NCBI GenBank assembly: GCA_964016885.1
Contig: OZ024741.1
Span: 320,602,001-320,666,000 of the forward strand
Direction of reading: 5' to 3'
DNA length: 64,000 nucleotides
Origin: Eledone cirrhosa
Taxonomy: Eukaryota
Part shown: piece after piece, positions 28,331-42,951 of the stretch
Numbering within the stretch: the stretch's first letter is position 1
Layout of the letters: the number at the start of each line of letters is the position of its first letter
Notes under the pieces: model-generated
Database searches by the model: none
The model's input: the letters and a program-made list of their open reading frames with translations, nothing else
What the model was told of the DNA's origin: nothing
Program-made: the position numbers and the translations under genes

Positions 28331-28525
28331 ATTTCTAATTTAGACAAAAGGTCAGCAAATTTGGAAGGAAAGGCAAAGTTGATTAAATCAACACCAGTAC
28401 TTGACTGGTGCTTTATTTCGTCCACTCTGAAAGGATGATTGGCAAAGTTTGACCTTGGCATGACTTGACTTCGAAATACTGCAATGTCATTTTATTCGAC
28501 GCACTACCAATTCTACCAAGCCCCA
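28331..28525 (-). mobile_element. SINE family A (old, diverged)
   Basis: Degenerate core and 3' end. Confidence 0.6.
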
Positions 28526-28919
28526 CTCTAACTTCCGAACATATATTCCCATCAATATTATTGTCTTTCTATATGCCCTAACGACGCGCAATTACCCGAA
28601 ACATCAGACTCGTTACAGTAATTGAACTTATCAAGCATTTTTACAAACTCCCTGTTGACTAATGGTTGCCGGCGGTAGAGTATCAACGGTTTACGAGATT
28701 CCGGATTTATTATATGGCCGTGAAAGCTCACCAGGTGATACTTCTTACACACATTGTTGTTGCTCTTCAATTTCTTTTTTTTTTTTGTTACTAGGGAAAG
28801 TGAGAGAACACGCTTCAAAATTAGTAGAGCGATGATTTAAAAGCCTTTACTTACGTCTATATTTAGTTTACCTGTACATATCCGAACAGACTACTTCACA
28901 ATCTAATATTTTCGGGATT

Positions 28920-29543
28920 CACTAAAATAAAATTCAGCCTGCTGCCTTCCATCACTCGTGAACACAGCCCCAATATACTTGAAAATCTCCACCAGCTTCA
29001 AGAGAACTCCCCTCATATGTAGAGTGCACTGCGCAGTCGCCTTTGAGAGGACTAATTTCTCAGTCATAGCAGCACTGATTTTCATCCCTGGCGTGCAACA
29101 CTCGAGAGCAAACATATCAAGTCGGAGATCATCTTCTGAAGAGTAAAGTGGTACCATGTCGTCCGCAAATTCCGACTAACTGATCCTACACACACACCAG
29201 TAGTGATACCACTTCTAACATAGCTGCACAAGTCAATCCTATCCATGAAGATTATGAATATGAGAGTAGACAGTTCGTACGTTGGCGGAGTCCTACACCC
29301 ACACTGAATTGCCAAAGATGGTGCAGTAATGCACCAGCTAAAACATTTGGTCATCAGAAGGAAGGTAGGTGTAAGTATCAAACTCGTTATCTTCAATTCG
29401 GTATTCGTACCAACCCTTACCTATGGTCATGAATGATGTGCAATGACCGAAAGAATACGATCGCGAATACAAGCGGCTGAAATGGAGTTGCTGCGAATGG
29501 CTTTGGAGTAACGTTACTCGATAGAGTACGTAGCTCGGAGACC
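28920..29543. pseudogene. RTE-clade LINE fragment with 5' inversion
   Basis: Minus 29340->28920: LSTLIFIIFMDRI, MKIS, FKYIGAVFTSDG; plus 29345-29543: FVPTLTYGHE, MTERIRSRIQAAEM, TLLDRVRSS. Confidence 0.75.
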
Positions 29544-29690
29544 AAGACACTTTATTTCGGGTTGCTCCAGTTCACTCAGCTGTAAAACTGAGTTACGCCG
29601 AGACTGGTGCTAAGCTGTATCAGCCTTTGCCTTTCCCATGGACAGTATCGGTGAGGTGAAGCGTTGAGACTATTACGTATGGACGACTGA
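29544..29690 (+). mobile_element. SINE family B fragment
   Basis: CAAGACACTTTATTTCGGGTTGCTCCAGTTCACTCAGCTG resembles 5965-6005. Confidence 0.6.
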
Positions 29691-29697
29691 TATATAC

Positions 29698-29733
<36 letters not shown>

Positions 29734-30503
29734 GATAATTATAAAATGATAATTGCCAAGGTCAGATGTAAATATTAATAAATCATATTATTCATAATCT
29801 GCCGTAATAGATATTTCTATAACATCAATATTTCGTAATGCTGCCAACACGCAACCATCACCACGACTTCCTCACACATCTTAAGTAATACGGCTATGTA
29901 ACATTTCTAATGCAATGTGGGCTATGTATAAGGGAACGAACGAATTTGATGCTAGTCCTGTTAGATTCAGTCCATTTATATCTATATATCCGTATGTTTG
30001 GGTGTACAGACACGAGGAAAATATGCTTAATAAGAAGTTATGAATATTCTATATTCCGAATATTACAGAGATTACTTTCTGTTCCTATTATATGTCTCCC
30101 AGATTGCCTCGGATCACGAACAGGATATAATTATTGCTTGACACTGTATATAATGAAAATATAATGGTTTGGGATAATATAATGAACTGGATAAAAGTGA
30201 TAATTTTGAAACATCTTTAGCAAACAAATGTTAAAATATGAAGAAATATAAAAACATATTATATTTATACCACCAGCTACAGTATACCGCACACACACTC
30301 CATACTACACGTCCACATATTTAAACACATATGTATGCATACATAGTTATCATGATTATCATCATTATTGTTCATCTACTCCTACGTATTTGCTTACTCA
30401 TATATATATATATTATTTTATATATTTATATATATATATATTATCCTTATCGAGCTCTCTTCGGATTTTAGTCTTCACATATATTATTATTACTATATAT
30501 AGT

Positions 30504-30620
30504 AGTTCAAATCCCGCCGAAGTTAACTTTGCCTTTCATCCTTACGAGGTCGATAAAATAAAGTACCAGTAATGCACTGAGTAATTGCTGGCCATGTGCC
30601 AAAAGTAGAAACAATTATTA
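30504..30620 (+). mobile_element. SINE family A (5'-truncated)
   Basis: B box through 3' end. Confidence 0.85.
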
Positions 30621-30621
30621 T

Positions 30622-30688
<67 letters not shown>

Positions 30689-30823
30689 AATGTAGAAGTT
30701 CTATTTAAATTGTTGGGATACAACAAGCAAATATTGTTATAACTGATATAAAGCAATCAACAAATTATTGGAGTAAAAATACGATATATTAACAAATGGA
30801 AACTATATTTATAAAACCATATT

Positions 30824-30888
30824 TATTTCATTATACATATTTCAAGGGCACCAAGTTAAATTATGGTGTGCTTTCATCAGATAAAATA
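30824..30888 (-). ncRNA. Type I hammerhead ribozyme
   Basis: Minus strand reads TATTTTAT-CTGATGA-AAG.CACCA(loop)TGGTG.CTT-GAAA-TATGTA-TA^ATGAAATA; core flanks match 2722-2772. Confidence 0.8.
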
Positions 30889-31385
30889 TAATATAGATCA
30901 GTTTTATAAATAAATATTGACATACCCTTAAAGAATGCGACCATTTCTGTTGGAAGCTCCCAGATGGTGGGGTTATAAATTTTTGCCTGCTATTGTTCAG
31001 TACATTTGACCTCTACCATTATTTTGGTAGCCTCACCCCAGAAAGAATTCTATAGACTTCTGACTGAGGAATGCTCTCAGAACTGACCAATGGGAAGTTT
31101 GACACTTTTTTTGTTATTTTGTTCCTTTAACACCTTGTCCCTTCTACCATTTTATCAATTTTTAAGCTAACTCCAACAATAACAACACTTAGAATGAGGA
31201 ATGTTCTAATAACTGACCAATGAGAGGAGAAGAGGACCTTTGACACTGAAATTCGTTTGTTTGAATTCATATGACTCCAGTTCCTCAGTGAAATAACAAC
31301 CAAACAAGGAACTGGGCATATCAGAGTATTGACAATATTATACACCTCAACAACATATGTACTTGTCTATACCATACTAATTCAA

Positions 31386-31440
31386 ACTGCCTGAAGAGGT
31401 CAAAGCCAAAGATGGCTGTCACTGAAATATATATAGCAGT
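31386..31440 (+). ncRNA. Type I hammerhead ribozyme
   Basis: ACTGC-CTGAAGA-GGT..AGCCA(AAGA)TGGCT..ACT-GAAA-TATATA-TA^GCAGT; perfect 5-bp helix I. Confidence 0.85.
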
Positions 31441-31484
31441 AATAAACGAAGCTAAATTTTAATCATTTGACTTTTATTTAACTT

Positions 31485-31580
<96 letters not shown>

Positions 31581-31799
31581 AGATACATACTTTCATACAC
31601 AAATAGACGGACACAAATACAAGGACTAAAAATATTATATATATATATATATACTAAAATATAATTCAAAATCGAATCTTTCTCATTCGAATATTTATAG
31701 TCTTTCTATGGATTGCGATGTATTTTTATTATAAGAGAAAGTAAATTTAAAGTTGCCTAACTTTCCAAATTTCTTCTGAAATGTATCGGATGATTTATA

Positions 31800-31835
<36 letters not shown>

Positions 31836-31844
31836 CACACACAC

Positions 31845-31916
<72 letters not shown>

Positions 31917-31932
31917 ATACAAACACACAGAT

Positions 31933-32015
<83 letters not shown>

Positions 32016-32281
32016 GGGGAGGGAGATAGTTAGAATGATACATACAGATTAAAATATGAACATAAAAGTATATATATGTGTATGTGCGAGCGCATATGTG
32101 TTCAACGGAACCTCGAAAGCAATGAGAAATTATTTATTATCTACATGATGCCTTTTAAGTTACGCTTTATATATTTTATGTATAATTATAAAGTATATGT
32201 ATACATCAATACACACATGCATTCTTTTACTCCCTCCTGTGTCTCTCTCTCTCTCACTCTCTCTCTCTATATATATATATG

Positions 32282-32312
<31 letters not shown>

Positions 32313-32358
32313 ATGTATAAATGTATATATACATTTACATACATATATATATATATAA

Positions 32359-32444
<86 letters not shown>

Positions 32445-32847
32445 GTGTGTGTGTGTTAAAGAAGTTACAACATAAATACAGTGATGTAAAAACACAAAGT
32501 CATTATATATGTGTGTGCGTGTGTATTTTTTCCTGCGTTTCCCTCTATGGAATTAGTCTGTTAGTACAAAAAATACTACTGATAAGTTATAGTAGAAATA
32601 TTAAATTAATGGATTATGCTTTGAGGAAAAGCATGTAAGATTCATTTTCAAAAAATATCAAAGAGCGAATTTATTCAATACTTTTTGAAATATGTAATTT
32701 TAAAAAAAGTTTTTTCCAATAACCTGACTTTTTAATAAAAAAAATCTTTAAAGAAACACCTAAGAGAATCTTTATTGAATATATATATAAATAAATAAAG
32801 TAATTCCGTCGGAAAGGTCCAGGAAAAAAGAGTGCTCTATGTAGGTT

Positions 32848-32964
<117 letters not shown>

Positions 32965-32991
32965 TATATACACATATATACATATATATAA

Positions 32992-33037
<46 letters not shown>

Positions 33038-33052
33038 ATATATATATATGTT

Positions 33053-33183
<131 letters not shown>

Positions 33184-33515
33184 CAAGAAATAGATCACAG
33201 AGGTTCAACAAGTAATACATTATATATTTCATCTCCATATCTTTCATTCCCCAAAAATATTCTTTTTACTACCATATAGAGAAATCATCAGGTTCAATTA
33301 TATACATCATATAAAAGGTGTATGTTTACCGACTGATGTGTGTGCGTACCTTCTTGGCTGAAGCGACAAAATGAAAGCAAAGGCTTTTTAAGGATACGGA
33401 AGGCTGGAATTGCCAGAATCATTAACGGTACTGTTCCTAATAGTTATTCTGTTCTTAATAGTATTTCCAGCACTCGTGTTCTGATGTTGAAATGCTCTAT
33501 GACTGTAGTTAATGC

Positions 33516-33700
33516 AAATTAGCAGTATCGGTAAAAAGTTGGACGCAATCCTTTGCGACATAGAGTTAAGGCCCTTTACGGTCTAGGTTCAAATTCAGCC
33601 GAGGTAAATTTTGATTTTCATCCTTACGGGGTCGATAAAACAACACACTAGTAATGCACTGGGATAATTGATGGCCTTGTGCCAAGCGCAGAAACAATTA
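33516..33700 (+). mobile_element. SINE family A
   Basis: Consensus match, diverged. Confidence 0.8.
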
Positions 33701-33776
33701 TTTATTTACTGAAGTTATAATCGAATTTCAACTCAGTAAGCAATATTATAAGTGTTAATATTATGCATCTCTAAAT

Positions 33777-33995
33777 GGCGGTGCATTGGCAGTATCGGTA
33801 GAGGGCCGGACGCCATGCTTTGACGCATAGAGTTACGGTCCTTTATGATCTGAGTTCAAATCCCGCCGTGGTTAACTTTGCCTTTCATCCTTAAGGGGTC
33901 GATAAAATGAAGTACCTGTCACGCACTGGGGTCGATTTAATCGACTTTCCCCTCTCTAAAAAATTGCTGGCCTTGTGCCTAACTTAGAAACAATA
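33777..33995 (+). mobile_element. SINE family A (long form)
   Basis: Consensus plus the GTCGATTTAATCGAC segment that is missing in most copies. Confidence 0.85.
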
Positions 33996-34250
33996 TCAAA
34001 CATCTCTATGGAAACAACTAATGGCTAAAATTATTTGATTGCTCCTTTTTTTGAAGCCATTTACATCGGAGAAAATAACCCCTGACAAACAAATTGATTC
34101 CTAAAATATCTCGGTATCGAGTGAGCTGTTGCCCACCATTTCCGATCTGCGAACCATTCTGCCCGACAGCTCTCTAATGTTACCCTCATAAATTTGAAGA
34201 TTGAAACTATGTTTTATTGATAAAATAAACTCTCGTTAAAATTATTTATA

Positions 34251-34287
34251 CTAGCAGAAAAACCACCCTAGGGTGGTTTTCTGCTGG
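34251..34287 (-). mobile_element. Helitron-like 3' terminus
   Basis: Minus strand: hairpin AAACCACCCTAGGGTGGTTT then TTCTG-CTAG|T, same ending as 9405-9412. Confidence 0.5.
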
Positions 34288-34513
34288 CATGTGTAGTGTG
34301 TATATTGATATTATACATCTAGATATGATACATCAAATAAAATCGTAATTGACAATATACAGAGAAATTGAACACAGTCTATGTTACACTCTCTTATGTA
34401 ATCAGTAAAGTAATCCATGATACATTAAAAAAGATGTTATTATATATAAATAACATTAGGAGAAAATTAGCGACGGAAATATATGCGATATTTTTATAAG
34501 TGTTATAATATAA

Positions 34514-34780
34514 CGGCCGCTAATCAGAAGCGTTGACATTTGAAAATTTTAAAGAAGTGAATCTTTAAATAAGCTATAAAATATATTTAATCAACAGCCA
34601 CGAAATTTAGCACATACATTATGTAATATTAATTCATTATTTATTCAAATTAATGAATTAATATTACATAACTTATGTGCTAAATTTCGTGGCTGTTGAT
34701 TAAATATATTTTATAGCTTATTTAAAGATTCACTTCTTTAAAATTTTCAAATGTCAACGCTTCCGGTCGGTTAGCGGCCG
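34514..34780. repeat. Near-perfect inverted repeat, ~126-bp arms, 11-bp spacer
   Basis: 34514-34639 is the reverse complement of 34651-34780. Confidence 0.9.
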
Positions 34781-34964
34781 GTGAATTGGAAGTATCGGTA
34801 GAGAGTTGGACGCCATTCTTTCTAGCATAGTTACGTCCCTTTACAGTCTGAGTTCAAATCTCGCCGAGGTTAACTTTGCCTTTCATCCTTACGGGGTCGA
34901 TAAAATAAAGTACCAGTAATGTACTGGGTAATTGCTGGCCTTGTTTCTAAAGTAGAAACAATTA
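34779..34964 (+). mobile_element. SINE family A
   Basis: Consensus match. Confidence 0.85.
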
Positions 34965-36098
34965 TTTATTCAAAGTAATCAAACTTATTTTACAAACGGG
35001 GTAAAAACAAATATATTCTGGACGCAGTACCGCACTCCTTTCTTTATTATAGTTAAGTTATCTCAAACAATTCTTCCAAATGTGTATGCTTATATTATAT
35101 AAAGAAATCTTTTAAAATAATTTGAATATTCGTAATATATTTAAAAACATCGTGTATTATGTATGCATTTGTGTTTCGAAACAGATTATACACATACACA
35201 AAGAAGTGCACAACGTAACTGGCGAGTGGGTACTACCCACGTGAGTTACCCCGCTCAAACTTTACTTCTACTGAGAGACCACTTCTATTAACAGACCACC
35301 AATAATACACACACATATACACACACACACAATGGCATTCAAACACAAAGACTCATACGCGTGATATGTATGTATATATATAAGCGTGTGGGGGGGGGGT
35401 GCATGTATGTATGTATGTTTGTATCACGCGTGTGAGTCTCTGTGATTGAGTGTGTTTGTGTGTATATATATAGCTTAGAAGATTCACAGGACAAAACTAT
35501 GCGACAATATAACTGCCACTATTTATGCATACCTCTCACTCTATCACTAGCGTGTATTGTATTTTATAGAGCTATATGACAACATTAAATCATTTAGTGA
35601 ATAGCCTCTTTATAAGTTTAAACTGTTAAATTCAAGAATTAGATTATATGATATTCCATTATTCATGAACCTATTATCGTAATTTGCACATTATTCAATA
35701 GGCCTTCCTTGGCAGTGTTTTAGTTCCTTTATTATTTCCTATCTTAATGTTGCTGCATTCGAAATTAAGGTACATGAAATTTAACATTTAATGCGTTTTA
35801 TCAAGTAACATTCATATTCGAGCTGGCTTTTCATAACTGAACACGAAACTGTAACACGCTTAAATTTAATTATCGTTAAAGACAATAGATAAATACATAA
35901 CACAAGCTTCAGTAAGCAAGAAAAATTGAGAAATGCATCTTTGTTTAAACGAATATATCGACTAATGAATATTCTACCAGTGCAGAGCTTTACTTAAAAG
36001 GATACAGCAGGTGATTTTCTGATAAACTAGTTGGCCAATCTGCAGCTATCCACACACAATCGCACCTACACTCGCATACATGCATACACACACATACG

Positions 36099-36131
<33 letters not shown>

Positions 36132-36929
36132 GTATATGTATGTATGTGTGCGCACGCGTGTGTGTGTGTGTGTATGTGTGTGGGTGTGTGTTGATTGCTC
36201 TTCTTTGTCAGAACAGTGCCATTTCTTCATTGAACATTTCATGGCCACCCATGTGCACGTAGGTGACCTTTCAGCCCAGTTTCTCTTCTGCAAGCATGTT
36301 TACAGACGTCACACTTAAATTGTGTCTTCATATAATTTACGATTATTTGTCAGTCCATTAGCTCACTTCTAAATTAAGTCATACTGAGTACAAATGAATC
36401 GCAGATTATGTGACGGTAGAACCTTCTCCATGGTTTCTGAGGCTTTAGATAGTTGAATACTAATCCAGCTCTTAAGAGAAGAAATCACACACACACTTCC
36501 ATCTCTCCTGAATTTCTGCAGACAATGCACTTGACAAGGCATTTCTCCTACAGCTTGTTTGTTTCTTCAATAAACTTAGTTATTGCAGCATCATTACCAT
36601 GTGTTTGTCTTCTTTAGACCGAGTACATCAACACCAGCATTGTAAACCTCTGGTTTGAACTGATCCATTATTCCTCCAAAGACTATGTTTTCAAGACATT
36701 ATGAAGAGCATCCCACATTTCTAAACTTTCCAGTTTAGAGACATCTATACGTTTTGGCACTTTGACTCCCGCTGCCCTCACTTTTCTTCTGATTTGCATT
36801 TTTATCTTATCACGTAAAATGTGTGATATGTGTCACATTTTGCATCAAATATTACTTTTACAGAGGTTTCTTTTTCTGGTGACGATATAAACCAAGATGT
36901 AGCCACGCTTAGACTTTGAGTGTATTCAC

Positions 36930-37260
36930 GTTGCTTTGTGGATGTCCTTGTTGGAAGAAGGTACTGCACACGACTAACATACATTTAGTGTATAGTTACA
37001 AAAGAAGGCAATTGGTATTCACCGGCCAATCCCATATCATACAGCTCGCCAGGTGTAGTGGTATTTCCCACACGTGCATTAAAATCTCCATGCAGCAAGA
37101 TCTTATATGCATATGGAATCGACGTGTTATATACACTCGTAAATCTTGTTAAAAAGTTGATTGATTCGGGGCTATAATCTAGTGCATTCACTGAAATGAC
37201 AGTTATGAAAAATTCACTTGAGAGAGGAATCCTCTGATGCCTAATTCGGTACACAATGCC
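36930..37260 (-). pseudogene. Decayed LINE APE-endonuclease fragment
   Basis: ILLHGDFNA motif in ORF 36985-37254. Confidence 0.5.
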
Positions 37261-37479
37261 TTATGGCTGCTCTAGTCGCTTATTTACCTAGGTCCGAGCA
37301 GCAAAACCTTCTCCTCCCTTCCTTTTCTCCCCATTTCGCTTCCTTTTATAGAACGTGTAGCCAGTCCTTCATCCCTAAGAAGATTTCAGAGAATGCACCT
37401 ATATCTATAGTATATCTACTCAATTTACTGCCTATCATAGCAATTCTAATGATTCTGTGTGAAGAACTGTTCTAGCATT

Positions 37480-38200
37480 CCATCTTGAATATGACCTTCG
37501 ATCTGTTGTTGAGTGTTGTTGAGTGTGGCAAGAAATGGCGTGTTATCTTTAATGCATCTAATACTAAACTATTACCTTTTTATCGCCATAGAGAACCACC
37601 TTTGCTGATCATATCACCCAAGGGAGCTACGCGTTACACTCTCTTGGTCTGCCATTTCCCACTGTTTTGGAATCTTTATATCACATCGATTGCAAAGTCT
37701 GCTGCCCGGGTTTGTTGCTCTATCATGCTAGAAGAAAATAACTTGTGTTTATAAATCTACCGTTCGTCCTTGTTTGAAGTACTATTGCTATATCTGACCT
37801 AATGTTCTTGCCGTGCACCTTGGTTTCTGGACAAGACCCCCCCCCCCCCCCAAATCGTCAATATTATTGATTCTGACTTATCATATAGTTTTGAATCACT
37901 ATCACACTTTGAATTGTTGCCTCTCTGCGACGTTTCTATAAATATTTTCATGTGAATTGTTCTGATGATGTTTCCTCTTTATTGCCTCACCATCACGAGT
38001 TTAAACCCAGCACCAGATTAACGGGTAGATCTCATCTATTTACAGCTAAAGTTCCTAAATGCAATCGCAAATTCTATTCTGATGGTTACATCTCTAATAC
38101 ATTTCGCATATAGAATTCCCTCCCGGATTCTTGCTTTCCCGGCCACTACAATTTGCAAAAATTCAAAAGCAACACCAGTCGGAATTTTATCTCTTCTTGA
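37480..38200 (+). pseudogene. Decayed CR1/Jockey-group LINE 3' fragment
   Basis: VECGKKWRVIFNASNTKLL, YITSIAKSAA, YKSTVRPCLKYYC remnants. Confidence 0.55.
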
Positions 38201-38604
38201 ATTATGTTCTGTCTGTAATTTTCCTTTCTCAGTAATCACTTGCATTTTGGTGGCTTTATTGCCTTGATTGAGGCGAGTCAATGTTTTTATTAATGTGTAA
38301 AGAGTTCAATTGTCTGTATAATGCACATATACTTATACTAATTCAACGAACAGATACTTTCAGTGATCTAAATGAATAGTCATCGTTGAAAGTGGCGGAA
38401 TATGAATGCCTGTATATAGAGTGCTATTTTCAGGTTTGTGCATTTCAAATGTTCTATTTTTACATATGATTAAATCGAACTAAATAGTATTTATAGAGTA
38501 TCGTGTAACTAGAATTGTGACATTTATGACAATATAGCCACAGTCACTAGACCATAGTTCTCTCTTTTAACTACAATATTGATCTTCCATAACACAAACA
38601 TATA

Positions 38605-38662
<58 letters not shown>

Positions 38663-38716
38663 ATCTCTCCCTCTCTCACTCTCTCTTCTCTCTCTCTCTC
38701 TCGCCATTTATTTATA

Positions 38717-38807
<91 letters not shown>

Positions 38808-39048
38808 TATAGAGAGTATAATTAAAGAAAATGTTATAGATTTAGATATTTAGATGTTGGCCTACGTGGGATTGGTTTCCATATGTAGGTATATATACTG
38901 ATATGTGAATAGAATAGAATATATGCAAGCGCATGTGCTCATGTATACATACAAATATAAATGCTCGTCTCTGTTGTGAGCTTGTGTGTATATGTGTTTT
39001 ACATACAAGCATATTTACTTATCTATCTCTTTCTTTCTCTCTCTCTCC

Positions 39049-39132
<84 letters not shown>

Positions 39133-40179
39133 TTATAGATATAGATATAGTTGTGCTCATTAATTTTGTGAATTTACGTTAAATGTCATTAGAGAGCAGA
39201 GTTTAGCCAATGGTACTATTTGTATAAACTGTCAGGATCTAAAAATATAGCTTCACTTCTCATACAATATCATGTGTTCTTGTACGTGTATTTGCTGTGG
39301 CTGTTGTTTATTTTAGCTCACGGTCAACACTGTTCGAAGAGACCTACGATAAAAATACATTCACTGCTACAGGCATGGCTGTGTGTAGCAGAGGCTCGCT
39401 TCAGTACCTCATGCTGCCACATTCGAAAACGGATGCGCAGCACTTCGAGAAATTGCCTTCTACTGCAACCACAAATTACCCAGGCCATTTTAAATGCAGT
39501 TACGAAGACGGAATTTGTGTGCAAGTCCGTTGCACATGTACATGAACACACATGCGCGCGCACAACAGAGATGCCAGAGGCAAAAATAAAAATTTAAAAA
39601 AAAGGTACATATGTTTGGTAACGTAATTAATTAAATATTAGATATTTATTCCAGAACACAAACATTGTAGTATTTTCTATACTCAACTTACTATAAAACT
39701 CTCAACATATGCTATGTTATATTATGTAAATTAAACAGACCATTTCATCTATTTTCTATCACCCGCTTGACACGTATACCGTTGCTATAGTTAGATTCTT
39801 CTGTTGTAGACAGAATGAGAGGCGTAGAAAATTCTCCGGAATGCATAGAGTATGCTTTTTCTATGTATATAGAAATAGTTTAATGTGTTTAAATTCCATA
39901 GTTTTGGCAGTTAGGTATTTTCATTCAAAAACTGTAGAAATTTCTACATTACATTTTACATAAACCTCCTAATATATGCTGTATGTCTAAGCATGGATAT
40001 TACTATTCAATACTCTAAAATAGAGATAAAATATGTCTCCGTATATAAGGGTCCGCACCTCCCGAAAAAGTTGTAGGGTCACCATAATGACATACGGCGT
40101 TTCTTGGGCATTTTAAGCCTGGCGGAACCCATCCCTCCCAAGAGAAAGATAGAAAGAGATAGAGAGGAAGAAGCGACCA

Positions 40180-40304
40180 CGGTACTAGACTGGTACATTT
40201 TTAATCGACCGCGAAAGGATAAAAGACAAAGTTGACCTCGACGGAATTTGAACTCCGGGGGGCGGAGAGGCAGAACGTTCTAACGACTCTGCCAATTCAC
40301 CGCC
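40180..40304 (-). mobile_element. SINE family A (diverged)
   Basis: Reverse complement of core and head. Confidence 0.7.
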
Positions 40305-41001
40305 CTAAAATATGCATACAATGGTATAAAAACAATGCACATTACGACTACAAATATTGATAATACACTTTACCCCTAGACATGGCACTATGTTTCTATT
40401 CCTAATTCCGATTTCATCGGAGCAGGTCTTTATAAGTACAGCGTTATTTTCAATACTACTTTAGACACTTCCATTCAATTATTACTGAAATGAGAAAACT
40501 GTTATTATACTAACTGCGTTCGCCGCTATGTGATTGAATCTTTAAAGCATGATGTATGAATTTTCGAAACACACCCTACTTATAAATAATAAGTTCTAAC
40601 ATAAAGTGTTTCTATCTACAGGTATAAAACCATGGAGCTTAATACATGTATTTCTTAATAAACTTATTTAATGTATCTGTATGTTATTGAGTTAGAGTGC
40701 TCAATATTCGAAAATAGAACTAAATATATACATAAATTTTTCTACGTAAGAAACTTACAAAAATGAATATCATTTTATCCAATGATCAGTGCTCGCGTTC
40801 TATTCCTAATTGCATATCATTCCCCGACCGACAAGATTGAATTATCAATCAAAACGGCATTTATTTTAATATCAATAATCGTACCTCCCAGTGTAACTTT
40901 CTGTATAACCGCCAATGTATATTACATTACATTAGAGACAGATATATATACATAGATTAATAAATTGATAAATAGATAGGTAGATAGATAATAGATAGAT
41001 A

Positions 41002-41072
<71 letters not shown>

Positions 41073-41075
<3 letters not shown>

Positions 41076-41264
41076 CGAAGGAAATGTGGTAAGGAACCAG
41101 GTGGACCATAACGCACCAAAGTACTCAATACTTGAGGTAGTAGAGTGGGTAATAGGAACCAGTAAGACCCCGACAGCTGAGCTCAAGCCGTTTCGACGGC
41201 TAATTCTGAGTCCAGAATTAGCCGTCGAAACGGCTTGAGCTCAGCTGTCGGGGTCTTACTGGTT

Positions 41265-41269
<5 letters not shown>
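41073..41269 (-). mobile_element. Palindromic half-hammerhead element in (TA)n (family H, copy 2)
   Basis: Perfect inverted repeat 41152-41269 with a 4-nt loop; tail near-identical to 21987-22064. Confidence 0.8.
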
Positions 41270-41318
<49 letters not shown>

Positions 41319-41660
41319 TGTGTAATCATTAATTCTGAGAATGTATTTCGATCATTGCTTTTGATATCCTATAGTAAATTAAAGATAATATATGTAACAT
41401 GAATTCATAAGCTCTTCGGCGCATTAAGTAATCTCTCTCTTTTATCTCTCCCTCTTTCTCTATCTCTATCGATTCCTCTCCTTCCCTTGTATGTATGTCC
41501 ATATGTATGTATGTTAATATATTTACACACGCACGAATAAACACAAACGCGCACACACACACACACATATACACATATATATATATAATTACATATATAT
41601 GCATATATATAAATATATATATGTATATATATATATATATATATAAATATATATATATAC

Positions 41661-41709
<49 letters not shown>

Positions 41710-41723
41710 AGATAACATGTTAT

Positions 41724-41826
<103 letters not shown>

Positions 41827-42210
41827 ACGTATATATGTACATATACGAGAAGCAACCGATATTTTATAAACATTTCGAACTCATTAATTCAAGTCGAATA
41901 ACTAGTAGTTTTGCTCTAGACCATAAACAGCAAGGTTCTCACCATTAATTAACTCGTATGCTTTTCAGAGCTTCGTAATATTTTCGCAAATAGCAATATA
42001 CTAACTCAACGCCACAGGATGATATCATTTATATGGTTGCTTTACATATATATATATATATATAAATGTGCATATCTGTGCGTGTATGCGTGTATGCGTG
42101 TATATATACATATTTAAACATATATAGATGCACACACGCACACACGCACACACGCACACACACCACACACACACACATATATATATATATTCAAATATTC
42201 GTCCATACAA

Positions 42211-42256
<46 letters not shown>

Positions 42257-42873
42257 GTGCATATATGTCTATCAATGTATATAATAATGAGGAATAAGGC
42301 AGTATATTGGAATCTTACAACATTTTATTAAATAAGTCATTTGCTGTTATGCGCATTTTTTCGCCCCATTGACCTAACAGAAGCTTTGACGTAACTACAT
42401 ATATCGTGGTTTCTATTACGCGGTCCTGCTTAATGCAGTTCACTGCTGCGTCGTATATTACCGTTGAAGTATTGCACTATTAGACGAATGCGTATGCTTC
42501 TGATCCTCTGTATGATCATCCGGAAAGTAGAAGGCTCTGGCGTATATTAATGATGCGAAATTTCGTGTATTAGTACATGATTAGCAGTTACACATCTTCC
42601 ACTATTTATGGCCTACAGAGAAGTGTGAATCTAAAAGTGCTAGGAATTTTCTACCCACATTAGTCTTAACGTTGTGTGCGCATTGTGGCGTGTAACACAC
42701 GACGGCCTAATGTTTGGATTTTTTTCTTGCTAGATATAGGGTGGTGACTTGGACAGTAAGAGGCTTTCTCGTAGAAGCTGCTTCTGCTTAGAGCTACCAC
42801 AATTTACATGAGCAATCTGTTTTGTTGAGCGTATCATTTGGTTTACTTGTTGTAGTAATCTACGTAATGCCAT

Positions 42874-42951
<78 letters not shown>

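Noticed and set aside
39297-39597. Overlapping ORFs as a host gene
   Set aside because: An acceptor-like site exists at 39316, but there is no recognisable domain and no frame can be preferred from sequence alone.
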